Positions 21,304-31,652 are shown, counted from the stretch's first letter. The stretch: 64,000 nt of DNA from an uncultured Actinomycetes bacterium (GCA_963707645.1 CAVPQW010000011.1:90678-154677), one strand, 5' to 3'. Numbers and translations are program-made. The notes: generated from the sequence alone by a model not told the origin.

Positions 21304-22971
21304 ATGTCCGATCTCCCCCCGGGGTCGCAGCTCGGCGGCTACCGGGTCGCCACCGTCCTCGGCCGGGGCGGCATGGGCGTCGTGTACCTGGCGCAGCAGC
21401 TGGCGCTCGAACGCCGGGTCGCGCTGAAGGTGATCAGCGAGGACCTCTCGCGCGACCCCGAGTTCCGCGAGCGGTTCATGCGGGAGGCGCAGGTCGCGGC
21501 GTCCCTCGACCACCGGCGGATCATCCCCGTGTTCGACGCCGGCGAGGCCGACGGGCGGCTGTTCCTCTCGATGCGGTACGTCAAGGGACTCGACCTCCGG
21601 ACGGTGCTGCAGCTCGAGGGGCCGCTCGAGCCGGAACGGGCGCTTCCGATCCTCGAGTCGGTGGGGGAGGCCCTCGACGCGGCCCACGCCCTCGGCCTGG
21701 TGCACCGCGACGTGAAGCCGGCCAACGTCCTGATCGAGGACGGGCCCGGCCCGGAATCCGAACGCGTGTTCCTGACGGACTTCGGGCTGACCAAGCGCGT
21801 CGACGCGCCGAGCGGGCTCACCCGGACGGGCATCTTCGTCGGCACGCCCGCGTACTCGTCGCCGGAGCAGTGCTCGGGGAAGCCGGTGGACGGCCGGACC
21901 GACGTGTACTCGCTGGCGTGCGTGCTGCACGAGTGCCTGGCGGGGGCGACGCCGTTCCCCCGCGACAGCGACGCGCAGGTGCTGGCGGCGCACCTGCTGG
22001 AACCGCCCCCGCGGCCGTCGGCCGTGCGGCCCGGCCTCCCGCCGGCGCTCGACGACGTGCTGGCGAAGGGCATGGCAAAGGAACCGGCCGACCGGTACGC
22101 GACGTGCGGTGAGCTGGTGGCGGCGGCCGGGGCGGCGCTGCGCGCCGCCCCGGCCGCTGCGACGGTCGAGGCGCCGGGCCCGTTCCTGCCCGCTGCTCCC
22201 ACCGAGCCGATACCGGCGGTTCCGCCGCCGGTATCGGCGGACGCCCCGACCGTGGGGGGCGTCGGGATGGAGGTGCCGCCGACGCTGGTCGGCCGCGGCG
22301 GCGTCGCTCCGCGCCGCCGCCGCGGCCTGGTCACGGTGCTCGTCCTGATCGGGATCCTCCTGGTGGGTGGCGTGATCGTGGCGCTCGCCATCGGCGGGGG
22401 CGGCGAGCCGAAGGCCGAGCCCAGCAGCGGACCGACCGACGGGGGAACGTCCACGTCGCCGACCACGGCGCCGTCCGGCGGCCCGTCCACCTCGTCGACG
22501 ACGACCGGCGGCCAGGGCGGCGCCGCCCTGGCCGCCTACACGACGGGGGTCGACGACCTCCTCGCCGAGTCCGCCGACTACCGTCAGCGGCTCGTCGACG
22601 CGGTCGTCGGCGCGAACGGCGCCAAGCGCAAGGAGCAGCGCGAGGACCTCGCCACGGTGCAGGAGGTGATCGACCAGCGGCAGTCGGCGCTCGAACAGGT
22701 CGGGTCGTGGGAGGTGCCGCCCGAGGCCGGGGCGGTCAACGACCTGCTGGCCACGGCGTTCCAGGACGCGATCGCCGACGACGAGAACTACGCCCTGCTG
22801 GTCCAGGTCTACATCGACCGCGACGACGCCGCGGCGAAGCAGATCCTCGCCGAGCTCGAGGACCACCGCGCGGCGGCCACCACGCCCGACAAGGACGCGT
22901 TCCTGCGTGGCTACAACGCGCTCCGGCAGCGGGCCGGGCTCGAGCCGCTCCCCTCGGACTTCCAGTTCTAG
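21304..22971 (+). CDS. Membrane-anchored Hanks-type Ser/Thr protein kinase
   Basis: LGRGGMGVVY, VALK, HRDVKPANVL, TDFG, GTPAYSSPE; TM helix and helical extracellular domain. Confidence 0.93.
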   Translation: MSDLPPGSQLGGYRVATVLGRGGMGVVYLAQQLALERRVALKVISEDLSRDPEFRERFMREAQVAASLDHRRIIPVFDAGEADGRLFLSMRYVKGLDLRTVLQLEGPLEPERALPILESVGEALDAAHALGLVHRDVKPANVLIEDGPGPESERVFLTDFGLTKRVDAPSGLTRTGIFVGTPAYSSPEQCSGKPVDGRTDVYSLACVLHECLAGATPFPRDSDAQVLAAHLLEPPPRPSAVRPGLPPALDDVLAKGMAKEPADRYATCGELVAAAGAALRAAPAAATVEAPGPFLPAAPTEPIPAVPPPVSADAPTVGGVGMEVPPTLVGRGGVAPRRRRGLVTVLVLIGILLVGGVIVALAIGGGGEPKAEPSSGPTDGGTSTSPTTAPSGGPSTSSTTTGGQGGAALAAYTTGVDDLLAESADYRQRLVDAVVGANGAKRKEQREDLATVQEVIDQRQSALEQVGSWEVPPEAGAVNDLLATAFQDAIADDENYALLVQVYIDRDDAAAKQILAELEDHRAAATTPDKDAFLRGYNALRQRAGLEPLPSDFQF

Positions 22972-23066
22972 CCTCCGACGGCCGGCAGACGCGCCCGACC
23001 CGTCCGAACGCGGCATTCCGACGGCTCGCATAGACTCCGACCGTCCCGACCCTGGAGGTGCGAGCC

Positions 23067-23382
23067 ATGGACCCGACCGACACCACGCTCACCGACGAGG
23101 AGATCTCCACGGTGCTCCCGGGCCAGTCGCCCGCGGCGACGATCTCCGCGGACACGGACACCACCGACCAGTCCGGCGCCGAACGCCAGGACGCCGACGA
23201 CACGGACACGACCGACCAGAAGGTCGACCAGTCCGCACCAGGACACCACCGACCAGACCGACACCGCCGACGGAACCGACGGAACCGACACCGCCGACGG
23301 CACCGACGCGGATGGAACGGACGCCGATGGCACCGACGCCGACGGCACGGACACTCAGGACGCCGACGGCACCGACGCTTAG
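23067..23382 (+). CDS. Asp/Thr-rich repeat peptide (~104 aa), putative precursor; needs removal of one base near 23236
   Basis: GGAGGTG RBS; MDPTDTTLTDEEISTV...DTDTTDQ...; the shifted frame continues DQDTTDQTDTADGTDGTDTADGTDADGTDADGTDADGTDTQDADGTDA-TAG; span is 316 nt = 105 codons + 1. Confidence 0.75.
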
Positions 23383-23392
23383 CAACCCGGAC

Positions 23393-24568
23393 GTGGGCGC
23401 CCTCGGCCGCTGCGTCGGCGACGTCGACGCGTTCCTCCGCGATGACTGGAACCGCCGGCCGGTCCACCGTTCGGGCGGGCGGCCGTTCGACGACCTGCTG
23501 TCGCTGGCCGACGTCGACCGGCTGCTCACCGAATCGACGCTCCGGCTGCCGGCGTTCCGGCTCGTCTCAGACGGCGCCACGCTCCCGACCTCCGGCTACA
23601 CGAAGTCGGGGCGGACCGGTTCACAGCCGGTCTCCGGCATGGCCGATCCCGTCCGGATCCTGGAACGCTTCGGCGACGGCGCGACGATCGTGCTCCAGGG
23701 ACTCCACCGGTACTGGCCGGCGCTCGGGCGGTTCTGCCGGGAGCTCGAGGGCCAGCTCGGACACCCCACCCAGGTGAACGCCTACATCACGCCGCCCGGC
23801 TCCCGCGGCCTCGACGTCCATCAGGACTCGCACGATGTGTTCGTCCTGCAGGCGTTCGGGCAAAAACAGTGGGACGTGTGGAACCCCCGCCCGGTCGGGG
23901 CGCCGAAGCCGTCGCCGCAAGAGCAGCCTGCCATCTCCGTGACGATGGAGCCGGGCGACGCCATGTACCTGCCGATGGGATCGCCCCACGCGGCCTCGAC
24001 CCAGACGGTGCTCTCCGGCCACCTGACCATCGGCGTCCACACGGCGACGTGGGGACAGCTCCTGGCCGAGGTGCTCGACGAGGTCCGGACCGAGCCGGCG
24101 TTCGCCGAGCCGCTCGCTCCCGGGTGGCACCGCGACCCGGACGGGTTCGCCACCGCGATGAAGGAACGCTTGGCCGACCTGCAGCGATCGCTCGACGGCG
24201 TGGACGCCGCCGCGGTGGCCGACCGGCGCATCCGGTCGTTCCTGACGACCCGGCTGCCGTCGCTGGGCGGCGCGCTGGTGGACCTCGCGCGACTCGACGA
24301 GCTCACGTCCGACTCCCGGGTGCGGCGACGTCGTGCTTCGTTCTGCGAGGTCCGCGTCGAGGGCGACGAGCTCGCGGTGTTCCTCGGCGACCGCGAGCTG
24401 CGGATGCCGGCCCGCGTGGAACCGGCGATGCGATTCGTGGCGGAGCAGGTCCCGGGCGGGGCCCCGTTCCGACCGGCGGACGTTCCCGGGCTGGACGACG
24501 GCGGGCGGATGGTGCTGGCCCGGCGGCTGGTCCGCGAAGGGCTGCTCGAGCTCGCCGACCGGGAGTGA
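23393..24568 (+). CDS. JmjC/cupin_4 (ROX: YcfD/NO66-like) 2-oxoglutarate/Fe(II) oxygenase
   Basis: NAYITPPGSRGLDVHQDSHDVFVLQAFGQKQW (HxD, K) and YLPMGSPH distal His; C-terminal winged-helix-like RRLVREGLL. Start uncertain. Confidence 0.88.
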   Translation: MGALGRCVGDVDAFLRDDWNRRPVHRSGGRPFDDLLSLADVDRLLTESTLRLPAFRLVSDGATLPTSGYTKSGRTGSQPVSGMADPVRILERFGDGATIVLQGLHRYWPALGRFCRELEGQLGHPTQVNAYITPPGSRGLDVHQDSHDVFVLQAFGQKQWDVWNPRPVGAPKPSPQEQPAISVTMEPGDAMYLPMGSPHAASTQTVLSGHLTIGVHTATWGQLLAEVLDEVRTEPAFAEPLAPGWHRDPDGFATAMKERLADLQRSLDGVDAAAVADRRIRSFLTTRLPSLGGALVDLARLDELTSDSRVRRRRASFCEVRVEGDELAVFLGDRELRMPARVEPAMRFVAEQVPGGAPFRPADVPGLDDGGRMVLARRLVREGLLELADRE

Positions 24569-25467
24569 GCACGCCGGAGCGCTGCTCGGCGACCTCCCGC
24601 GCCCTCGGCGAGTCGCTGTGGGGCACGGCATCGACCGTCGTCAACTGGCTGCTCGTCGAGGAACCCGGCCCGTGGGGCACCAAGGCGCTCGAGCACAGCC
24701 GCCTGCCGGAGCAGGTGGCAGCGCACCTCCGCCGGCAGCGCCGGGAGCACGGCGTTCGGATCGTGCTCATCCGCCGCCACGGCCGGCACGTCCCCGACGG
24801 CATCCAGGTGTACGCGGCGCACGCGGGGCTCCGCGCCCGGTGGCTCGAGCACGTCCACCTCCCCGGGCCCGAGGCGCTGCTCGACGTCGACCTCGGGCCG
24901 ATGCGGCGCGGCAGCCGGCTCGGTCTCGGCACCGGGCAGGCCGAGCAGATCTATCTCGTCTGCACGAACGGCCGGCACGACCCGTGCTGCTCCGAGCGGG
25001 GCCGCCCCGTGGCGAACGCCCTGCAGGAGGCCTTGGGCGACCGGGTGTGGGAGGTCAGCCACATCGGCGGCGACCGGTTCGCGCCGAACGTCGTGTGTCT
25101 CCCGGCCGGGGTGTACCTCGGCCGGGTGGAGCCCGACGAGGCGGTGGCGGTCGTGGGCCGGTTCGACCGCGGCGAGGTCGACCTCGACCGCTACCGGGGC
25201 CGCTGCGCGTACGACTTCGCGACGCAGGCGGCCGATGCGTTCCTCCGGCAGCACACCGGCGTCGCCGGGCTCGACGACGTCGCGCTCACCCGGCGCATCC
25301 CGCTCCCCGACGACGGCGTCGAGGCGACGTTCGCGGTCGCCGAGGGCGCGACGTACTCGGTTCGGGTCGAGGTCGGCCACCCCGGGCCGGAGCGCCGCAT
25401 CACGTGCGGCGGCGACCCGGGCACGGCGCCCCCCGCCTACCGCCTGGTGTCGATCGACGAGCGCTGA
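24565..25467 (+). CDS. Sucrase/ferredoxin-like (thioredoxin-like Fe-S) protein
   Basis: WLLVEEPGPWG; LVCTNGRHDPCC (CX8C); WEVSHIGGDRFAPN; GTGA overlap with the cupin stop. Confidence 0.85.
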   Translation: MSTPERCSATSRALGESLWGTASTVVNWLLVEEPGPWGTKALEHSRLPEQVAAHLRRQRREHGVRIVLIRRHGRHVPDGIQVYAAHAGLRARWLEHVHLPGPEALLDVDLGPMRRGSRLGLGTGQAEQIYLVCTNGRHDPCCSERGRPVANALQEALGDRVWEVSHIGGDRFAPNVVCLPAGVYLGRVEPDEAVAVVGRFDRGEVDLDRYRGRCAYDFATQAADAFLRQHTGVAGLDDVALTRRIPLPDDGVEATFAVAEGATYSVRVEVGHPGPERRITCGGDPGTAPPAYRLVSIDER

Positions 25468-27956
25468 CCGGGCTCCAGCGGCAGGCTCGCGGCGGCGCGT
25501 TCGTCCGCGGGGTCGCGCGGCGTCGGCTCGGGGAGCGAAGCCTTGGGCATCCCCGGCCAGTGGCTGAACCGCCCGAACAGCGTCATCAGCGACGGCACGA
25601 GCAGGGACCGGACGAGGAACGAGTCGATCAGCACGCCCACGCACATCGCGAAGGCGAACTCCCGGAACGGCACGAGCGGCACGAGCGCCAGCAGGGCGAA
25701 CGACCCGGCGAGCGCCAGGCCGGCGACGCCGATGGCCCGGCTGGCCCGGGGCGCCGCGATCCGGATCGCCTCGCGCAGCGGCCGCGTCCTCGCCTCCTGC
25801 CAGATCCGGCCGACGACGAACACGTTGTAGTCCGACCCGAGCGCCACCAGCAGGACGGCCGCCGCGAACGGCACGTAGTAGGTGAGCCCCGGGTGGCCGA
25901 GCCAGTCCTGGAACACGAGCGTGGTCAGCCCGAGCGCCGCCGCGACCACGAGCGCGCTCACCGCGAGCAGGTACAGCGGCGCGATCAGGGCGCGCAGGAA
26001 CAGCGCGAGCAGCACGAGGTCGACCAGCAGGGCGGCGACCGCGATCGCGCCGAGGCCGTCGAGCGTCCGGTTCACCGTCTCGAGCGCCAGCGCCGAGTCC
26101 CCGGCGAATTCCGCCGTGACGCCCGTCAGCCCGGCTTCCACCATGAGCGCCGGAACGCGGGCCTGGAGGTCCTCGATGTGGTGGAGCCCGCTCGCCCCGA
26201 GCGGGTCGCGGTCGAGGATCACCACCAGGCGGGACGCCGTCCCGTCCTTCGACGAAAACACGTTCCCGGTGACCCCGTCCGGAAGCGTTCCGCCGCCGAT
26301 CACGCCGGAAACGCCGGGCTCGCGGTCCATCAGGACGCCGAGCCGCGCGACCTGGTCCTGCTTCGACGCCATGTCCTGCCCCACGAGGAGGATCTCGGTC
26401 GGCGAGGTGATCCCGGGCGCGAACCCCTCGCCGGCCGCGGCCGATGCGACGGACGGCTCGGAGTCGTCCGGCAGCTCGTCCGGGAGGCTGATGCCGAGCC
26501 CGGCGCCCCGGAGGAAGCTCGCGGCGAACAGCAGCCCGGCCAGCATGACGAGCGACACCACCGCGGCGACCGGCTTGCGGGTGACCGCGCGGACCATGCC
26601 GCCGCGCCAGCCCCGCGTGACCTCTGGCTCGGGCGGTGCGGCGCCTCCTTCGGCGTCCACCGGCGCCGGCGCACCCGGCGCCGCCTGGACGTGGCCGGGC
26701 TCGGGCGGCGAGGTGGCTCCGACTTGAGGATCGATTGCCGGTGGAGCAGCGGCCTTCGGCGGCGCGGACGGCCAGAACAGCCCCCGGCCGAACGTGGCCA
26801 TGAGCGCGGGAACGAACGTGATCGACACCGCGAGGCCGATGGCAACCGTGATGGCGAGGCCCGGGCCGAGGGCCCGGAAGAACGACAGCGACGTCACGAC
26901 GAGCGCGGCGGTCGCCGCCGCCACGACCATGCCGGCCGTGAGGATGATCCGGGCCAGCTCGCCGGTCGCCGCCTTCGCCGCCTGCACCGCGGGCCGGCCC
27001 TCGGCCAGCCGGGTCCGCATCCCGGACAGGAAGAAGATCGTGTAATCGGTCACGATGCCGAGCAGCAGCACCACCACGAGCGGTTCGATCTCCTGCGGCA
27101 CGGCGACCTTCGTCTGCTGCCCGAGCCACACGAGCACGGGGATCGTCACCATGTACGCGACGCCGGCCGCCGCCAGCGTGACGAGCGGCGCCACGATCGA
27201 GCGGAAGTGCAGCCCGACGATCAGCGCGATCAGCACCACGGTGGCGAGCTCGACCCACGGCAGGCCCTTCGTGACGAGGTCGCCCTCGAGCGCCCGGGCC
27301 GGCACCGCGCCGGTGAGCCCGACCAGGTGGTCGTCCGGCTCGGTGATCTCGCGGTCCACGTACTGCTCCGCGACCGCGCGCTGGTCGTAGATGTTCAGGT
27401 CCGGATTGACGAACAGGTAGGTGACGCCGGTGGTCGAGTTCTCCCGGGAGCCGGGGACGAGCTTCCCGGTGTTGAGGATCGGGATCGATCCGAGCACATG
27501 GGGGTACTTCGCCTTCAGCAGACCGCGGTCGAGGTCGGCCGCCCGGGCGACCACCCGCGCTTGGGCCTGGGTCGTCAGGCCCTGCTCGTCGCGCTGCACG
27601 ATCTGGATCCGCGAGAACAGCGGGAACCCGAACTTCTCGACGATGGTCTGCTCCGCGGCCACCGCCCTGGAGTCCTTCGGAACGAGCGAGTTGAGCGACG
27701 ACGCCTCGGTGTCGTTCAGCCCCGGCAGGAACACGGTGGCCAGGACGGCAGCCACGATCCAGGCCGGCACGAACAGGAACCGCAGGTGGACGACGAGCCA
27801 CGCGAGCCCGCGCGCGAACAGTCCGGCCCGTTCGTGGGCCTGCTGCTGTCGCTGTGTTCTCTGGGGCGCAGATGACGGAGGCGGGGCCGGTTCCTCACCG
27901 ACCGGCCCGTTCGCCTCGCCTTCCGTGCCCGCATCGGAAGGACGGCGTCGACTCAT
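25437..27956 (-). CDS. MMPL family (RND) transporter
   Basis: Two TM-rich halves with [13 protein letters not shown] and [10 protein letters not shown] motifs. Confidence 0.88.
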   Translation of the reverse strand: MSRRRPSDAGTEGEANGPVGEEPAPPPSSAPQRTQRQQQAHERAGLFARGLAWLVVHLRFLFVPAWIVAAVLATVFLPGLNDTEASSLNSLVPKDSRAVAAEQTIVEKFGFPLFSRIQIVQRDEQGLTTQAQARVVARAADLDRGLLKAKYPHVLGSIPILNTGKLVPGSRENSTTGVTYLFVNPDLNIYDQRAVAEQYVDREITEPDDHLVGLTGAVPARALEGDLVTKGLPWVELATVVLIALIVGLHFRSIVAPLVTLAAAGVAYMVTIPVLVWLGQQTKVAVPQEIEPLVVVLLLGIVTDYTIFFLSGMRTRLAEGRPAVQAAKAATGELARIILTAGMVVAAATAALVVTSLSFFRALGPGLAITVAIGLAVSITFVPALMATFGRGLFWPSAPPKAAAPPAIDPQVGATSPPEPGHVQAAPGAPAPVDAEGGAAPPEPEVTRGWRGGMVRAVTRKPVAAVVSLVMLAGLLFAASFLRGAGLGISLPDELPDDSEPSVASAAAGEGFAPGITSPTEILLVGQDMASKQDQVARLGVLMDREPGVSGVIGGGTLPDGVTGNVFSSKDGTASRLVVILDRDPLGASGLHHIEDLQARVPALMVEAGLTGVTAEFAGDSALALETVNRTLDGLGAIAVAALLVDLVLLALFLRALIAPLYLLAVSALVVAAALGLTTLVFQDWLGHPGLTYYVPFAAAVLLVALGSDYNVFVVGRIWQEARTRPLREAIRIAAPRASRAIGVAGLALAGSFALLALVPLVPFREFAFAMCVGVLIDSFLVRSLLVPSLMTLFGRFSHWPGMPKASLPEPTPRDPADERAAASLPLEPGQRSSIDTRR

Positions 27957-28011
27957 CTGGACTCACTACCCGGCGCCGGCCCGGCTGAACCCGGGGCGGT
28001 ACCCTTCGGAC

Positions 28012-29592
28012 ATGGCCGACGACGAGCGACGCGTGACGGATTCCGGCATCGAGATCCGTCCGCTGTACGACGGCGTGGAAGGGCTCGACCCCGAACGCGA
28101 CCTGGGCGCGCCCGGCCAAGCGCCGTTCACTCGCGGGGTCTACCCGTCGATGTACCGCGGCCGGTTGTGGACCATGCGGCAGTACGCGGGCATGGGCACC
28201 GCCGACGACACCAACCGGCGGTTCCGCTATCTGCTCGACCGGGGGCAGACCGGGCTCAGCGTCGCCTTCGACCTGCCGACCCAGATGGGCTACGACTCGG
28301 ACCACCCGCGCGCCGAGGGCGAGGTCGGCAAGACCGGCGTGGCGATCGACTCCATCGACGACATGCGTCGGCTGTTCGCCGAGATCCCGCTCGACCAGGT
28401 CACGACGTCGATGACGATCAACGCGACGGCGGGGATCCTGCTGCTGCTCTACGAGCTCGTCGCCGAGGAACAGGGCGTCGGCCCCGACCGCATCGGCGGC
28501 ACCGTCCAGAACGACATCCTCAAGGAGTACGCGGCGCGGGGGACGTACATCTACCCGCCGAAGCCGTCGATGCGGCTCATCACCGACCTGTTCGCGTACT
28601 GCGGCGAGCGCACCCCGCGGTGGAACACGATCTCGATCTCCGGCTACCACATGCGCGAGGCCGGCTCGACCGCGGTGCAGGAGGTTGCGTTCACGCTGGC
28701 GAACGGCATCGCCTACGTGCAGGCCGCCCTGGATGCCGGGCTCGCTTTGGACGAGTTCGCCCCGCGGCTGTCGTTCTTCTTCGCCTGCCACATGAACTTC
28801 TTCGAGGAGGTCGCGAAGTTCCGCGCCGCGCGCCGAATGTGGGCGAAGGTCATGACCGAACGGTTCGGCGCCGTCGACCCGAAGAGCGTCATGCTCCGGT
28901 TCCACACGCAGACGGGCGGCGCCACGCTCACCGCCCAGCAGCCAGAGGTGAACATCGTGCGGACGGCGCTCGAGGCGCTCGCGGCGGTGCTCGGCGGGAC
29001 GCAGTCGCTGCACACGAACTCGTTCGACGAGGCCCTCGCGCTCCCGACCGAGAAGGCCGTGAAGATCGCGCTGCGAACCCAGCAGGTGCTCGGGTACGAG
29101 AGCGGCGTGGTGGACACGCCGGACCCGCTCGGCGGCTCCTACCTCGTCGAGACCCTGACCAACGAGATCGAGCAGCGGGCGTGGGAGTACATCGAGAAGA
29201 TCGACGGGATGGGCGGCGCCGTCCAGGCGATCGAGGCCGGCTTCTACCAGGACGAGATCGCCGACGCCGCGTACCGCATCACCCAGGGCGTCGAGTCCGG
29301 ATCACGCCCGGTCGTCAGCGTGAACAAGTTCGTCGACGTGGAAGAGGACTCGGTCGAGATCCAGACGATCGACGAGGCTGAGGTCCGCAAGCAGGTGGAA
29401 CGGGTCCGAGAGCTCCGGGCGACGCGCGACCAGGCCGCGGTCGACGAGGCGCTGCGGCAGGTCGACGAGACGGCCCGGAGCGATGGCAACCTCCTGATTC
29501 CGATGCGCGATGCCTTGCAGGCCCGGGCCACGCTCGGCGAGGTCAGCGACGTGCTCCGCGGCGTGTTCGGCGAGTACCGGCCCTCGCACTGA
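28012..29592 (+). CDS. Methylmalonyl-CoA mutase, stand-alone substrate-binding (large) subunit
   Basis: [51 protein letters not shown]; no DxHxxG B12-binding domain. Confidence 0.9.
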   Translation: MADDERRVTDSGIEIRPLYDGVEGLDPERDLGAPGQAPFTRGVYPSMYRGRLWTMRQYAGMGTADDTNRRFRYLLDRGQTGLSVAFDLPTQMGYDSDHPRAEGEVGKTGVAIDSIDDMRRLFAEIPLDQVTTSMTINATAGILLLLYELVAEEQGVGPDRIGGTVQNDILKEYAARGTYIYPPKPSMRLITDLFAYCGERTPRWNTISISGYHMREAGSTAVQEVAFTLANGIAYVQAALDAGLALDEFAPRLSFFFACHMNFFEEVAKFRAARRMWAKVMTERFGAVDPKSVMLRFHTQTGGATLTAQQPEVNIVRTALEALAAVLGGTQSLHTNSFDEALALPTEKAVKIALRTQQVLGYESGVVDTPDPLGGSYLVETLTNEIEQRAWEYIEKIDGMGGAVQAIEAGFYQDEIADAAYRITQGVESGSRPVVSVNKFVDVEEDSVEIQTIDEAEVRKQVERVRELRATRDQAAVDEALRQVDETARSDGNLLIPMRDALQARATLGEVSDVLRGVFGEYRPSH

Positions 29593-29599
29593 GCGCCGG

Positions 29600-30580
29600 C
29601 TATGGCTTGATCGTCGGGTGGCCGACCTGGCCGAGGGAGACCACGATGTCGCCTTCCTCGACCCGTTCCTCCCGCCCGGGGTTCGGGACCGAATCGCCGT
29701 TCGCCCGCCGGAGCAGCACCGGCACCGATTCCCCGCACACCTCGCCGACGGAACGCCCGGCGAGCTCGGAGCCGGGTTCGATGGCCAGCTGTTCGATCCG
29801 GACCGCGCCGCCGGCGCCCTCGACGTCGAGGTAGTCCGAGACCTCCGGCCGCACGGCCAGCACGGCCATGTGGCGGCCGCTCGTCACGTACGGCGAGATC
29901 ACGCGGTTCGCTCCGGCCCGCAGCAGGCGGTCGGGCGACTCCGGCTTCCCGGCCCGGGCCACGATGAAGATGTCCGGGTTCAGCGCCCGGGCGGTGAGCG
30001 CGATGTAGACGTTCTCGGTGTCGGAGTCGACGGCGCAGACGAGGCCCCGGGCCCGCTCCACGCCGGCCTCCCGGAGGACGGACTCCGACGACGACGCCCC
30101 GATGAGATAGGCGACGCCGTCGTACCGCATGAGGTCCTCGAGGTCATCCCGCTGGTCGATCACGACGAACGGCACGCCCTCGGCCTCGAGCTCCCGGGCC
30201 ACGGTCTGCCCGACCCTGCCGTAGGCGCACACGATGTAGTGCTCACGCAGGTCGTCGATCCGTCGCTGCATCCGCCGCCTCCTCGCCGCATGTAGGTATT
30301 GGCCTTCGAGGAGCCCCGCCCCCAGCATCGCCAGCAGGATCAGGAACACGCTGACGCCCGCCAGGGCCAGGCTCGCCGTGAAGAGCTTCTCGCCGCTCGT
30401 GAGCTCTCCCGGGATCGAGAACCCGACCGTCGTCAGGGCCAGCGCCGTCTGGGTGACCGCGTCGACGATGCCGAACCCGAACAGCAGGTAGCCGACCACC
30501 CCGTACGCGTAGACCAGCACGAGGGCAAGCACCGGAAGCCGGAGCCGCCTGCCGAGCCCGTCCGAGGTTGGCATCGGCAC
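29600..30580 (-). CDS. Potassium channel protein with RCK (TrkA-N/C) domains
   Basis: Two TM with pore motif LTTVGFS; HYIVCAYGRVG; RVISPY. Confidence 0.85.
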   Translation of the reverse strand: MPMPTSDGLGRRLRLPVLALVLVYAYGVVGYLLFGFGIVDAVTQTALALTTVGFSIPGELTSGEKLFTASLALAGVSVFLILLAMLGAGLLEGQYLHAARRRRMQRRIDDLREHYIVCAYGRVGQTVARELEAEGVPFVVIDQRDDLEDLMRYDGVAYLIGASSSESVLREAGVERARGLVCAVDSDTENVYIALTARALNPDIFIVARAGKPESPDRLLRAGANRVISPYVTSGRHMAVLAVRPEVSDYLDVEGAGGAVRIEQLAIEPGSELAGRSVGEVCGESVPVLLRRANGDSVPNPGREERVEEGDIVVSLGQVGHPTIKP

Positions 30581-30630
30581 ATGCTAGAGAAGCTGCCGTG
30601 TTGCTTCGAACGCAGGAAGTTCCCGCGGCC

Positions 30631-31371
30631 TCAGCTCGGGGGAAACGCCTCGACCCGTTCGGCGACGTACGTGCCATTCGACCCGCACCGGACCCTGGCC
30701 GACAGGTCGCCGCCCTTCCACAGCGACGTCGTGATGTCGTCCCGGTCGAGCGGCGCGCCGAGCGAGGGCGGCACGACCACCGTGAGGAACGCCCGCTCGT
30801 ACCGTTCGTGCGATGCCTGCCGGACCGTGACGTACACGTGGTACGGAGGAACCAGATCGAGCTCCGTCTCCCCATTCGGCTGGATGATCCCCGTCCACTG
30901 TCCGCGGAGGGTGATCGGTGCGTCGGACGACCGGCACGAAAGGGGTTCGGTCAGGCGCTGGACGGACCGGGGTAGCTCCTCGATGCCGTCGCGGACGAGC
31001 ACGGAGTCGTCCCATCCGCGGACGACGACGGCAGTCGCAGGGGAGACACCCGGCAGGGCCTGGATCGTGAGGCGCTCGGTGTGGCCGCCGCCGTCGCCGG
31101 TGTCGTTGCAAGCCGGGATCACGCCGGTCCCGAGGTCGCGTCCGTGGCGCGGGGCCACCTGGACGGACGTCCCTCCGTAGTCGTGGCCGCGGAACCGCAC
31201 GTTCAGCACACAAAGGCCACTGGCGCCGCCAGGCCGGTCGGACGTCCCGCCCTCATCGGCGCGATGCTCCAGACGATCGACCGGGCCCGGTTCCCCGGCG
31301 GCGTTCCCACACGCGGTCGCGACAGTCGCCAGCATGGCGAGGGTGAGGGCGCGAACCGCTGGAGAACGCAT
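30631..31371 (-). CDS. Putative lipoprotein
   Basis: MRSPAVRALTLAMLATVATA-C lipobox; Cys-containing extracellular domains. Confidence 0.65.
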   Translation of the reverse strand: MRSPAVRALTLAMLATVATACGNAAGEPGPVDRLEHRADEGGTSDRPGGASGLCVLNVRFRGHDYGGTSVQVAPRHGRDLGTGVIPACNDTGDGGGHTERLTIQALPGVSPATAVVVRGWDDSVLVRDGIEELPRSVQRLTEPLSCRSSDAPITLRGQWTGIIQPNGETELDLVPPYHVYVTVRQASHERYERAFLTVVVPPSLGAPLDRDDITTSLWKGGDLSARVRCGSNGTYVAERVEAFPPS

Positions 31372-31394
31372 TTCGATCGGACGTTGTCTCTCGG

Positions 31395-31640
31395 TGGTCC
31401 GTTCCTCGATCGGCGAATGGGAGTTACCGGAGGCCGGATTCCACTGCTGCCCGACGACCCAGGCATCAGTCGGCGAGTTGCCGACACGCCGCCGGCCGCG
31501 GTGTACCGCGTTCCCGCGTCTGGCACCGGCGAGAACGTCCAGCTCTGCCCGTCCCAATGTTTGACGACCGCCCCGATCTTCCCGTGCAGACCGCCCGAGC
31601 CGACCGCCCAGACGTCGTCCGACCGACACGCGACGGGTAC
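31395..31640 (-). pseudogene. Fragment of a DVWAVG/HWDG repeat beta-propeller protein
   Basis: SDDVWAVG...VKHWDGQSW then, in another frame, SPTDAWVVGQ; no start codon context or full ORF. Confidence 0.45.
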
Positions 31641-31652
31641 GCTGCCGCGCCC

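Noticed and set aside
17052-22112. Very long ORFs such as 17052-22112, 11479-15006 and 47319-50870
   Set aside because: Stop-poor antisense or shadow frames of real high-GC genes; no recognisable domains
23240-23380. Repeats as a CRISPR array or non-coding satellite
   Set aside because: Units are 9-15 nt, codon-phased with synonymous variation; no spacers and no cas genes
22907-23392. PT-rich N-terminal extension of the cupin ORF
   Set aside because: Alternative-frame shadow of the Asp-repeat peptide; it overlaps the kinase end
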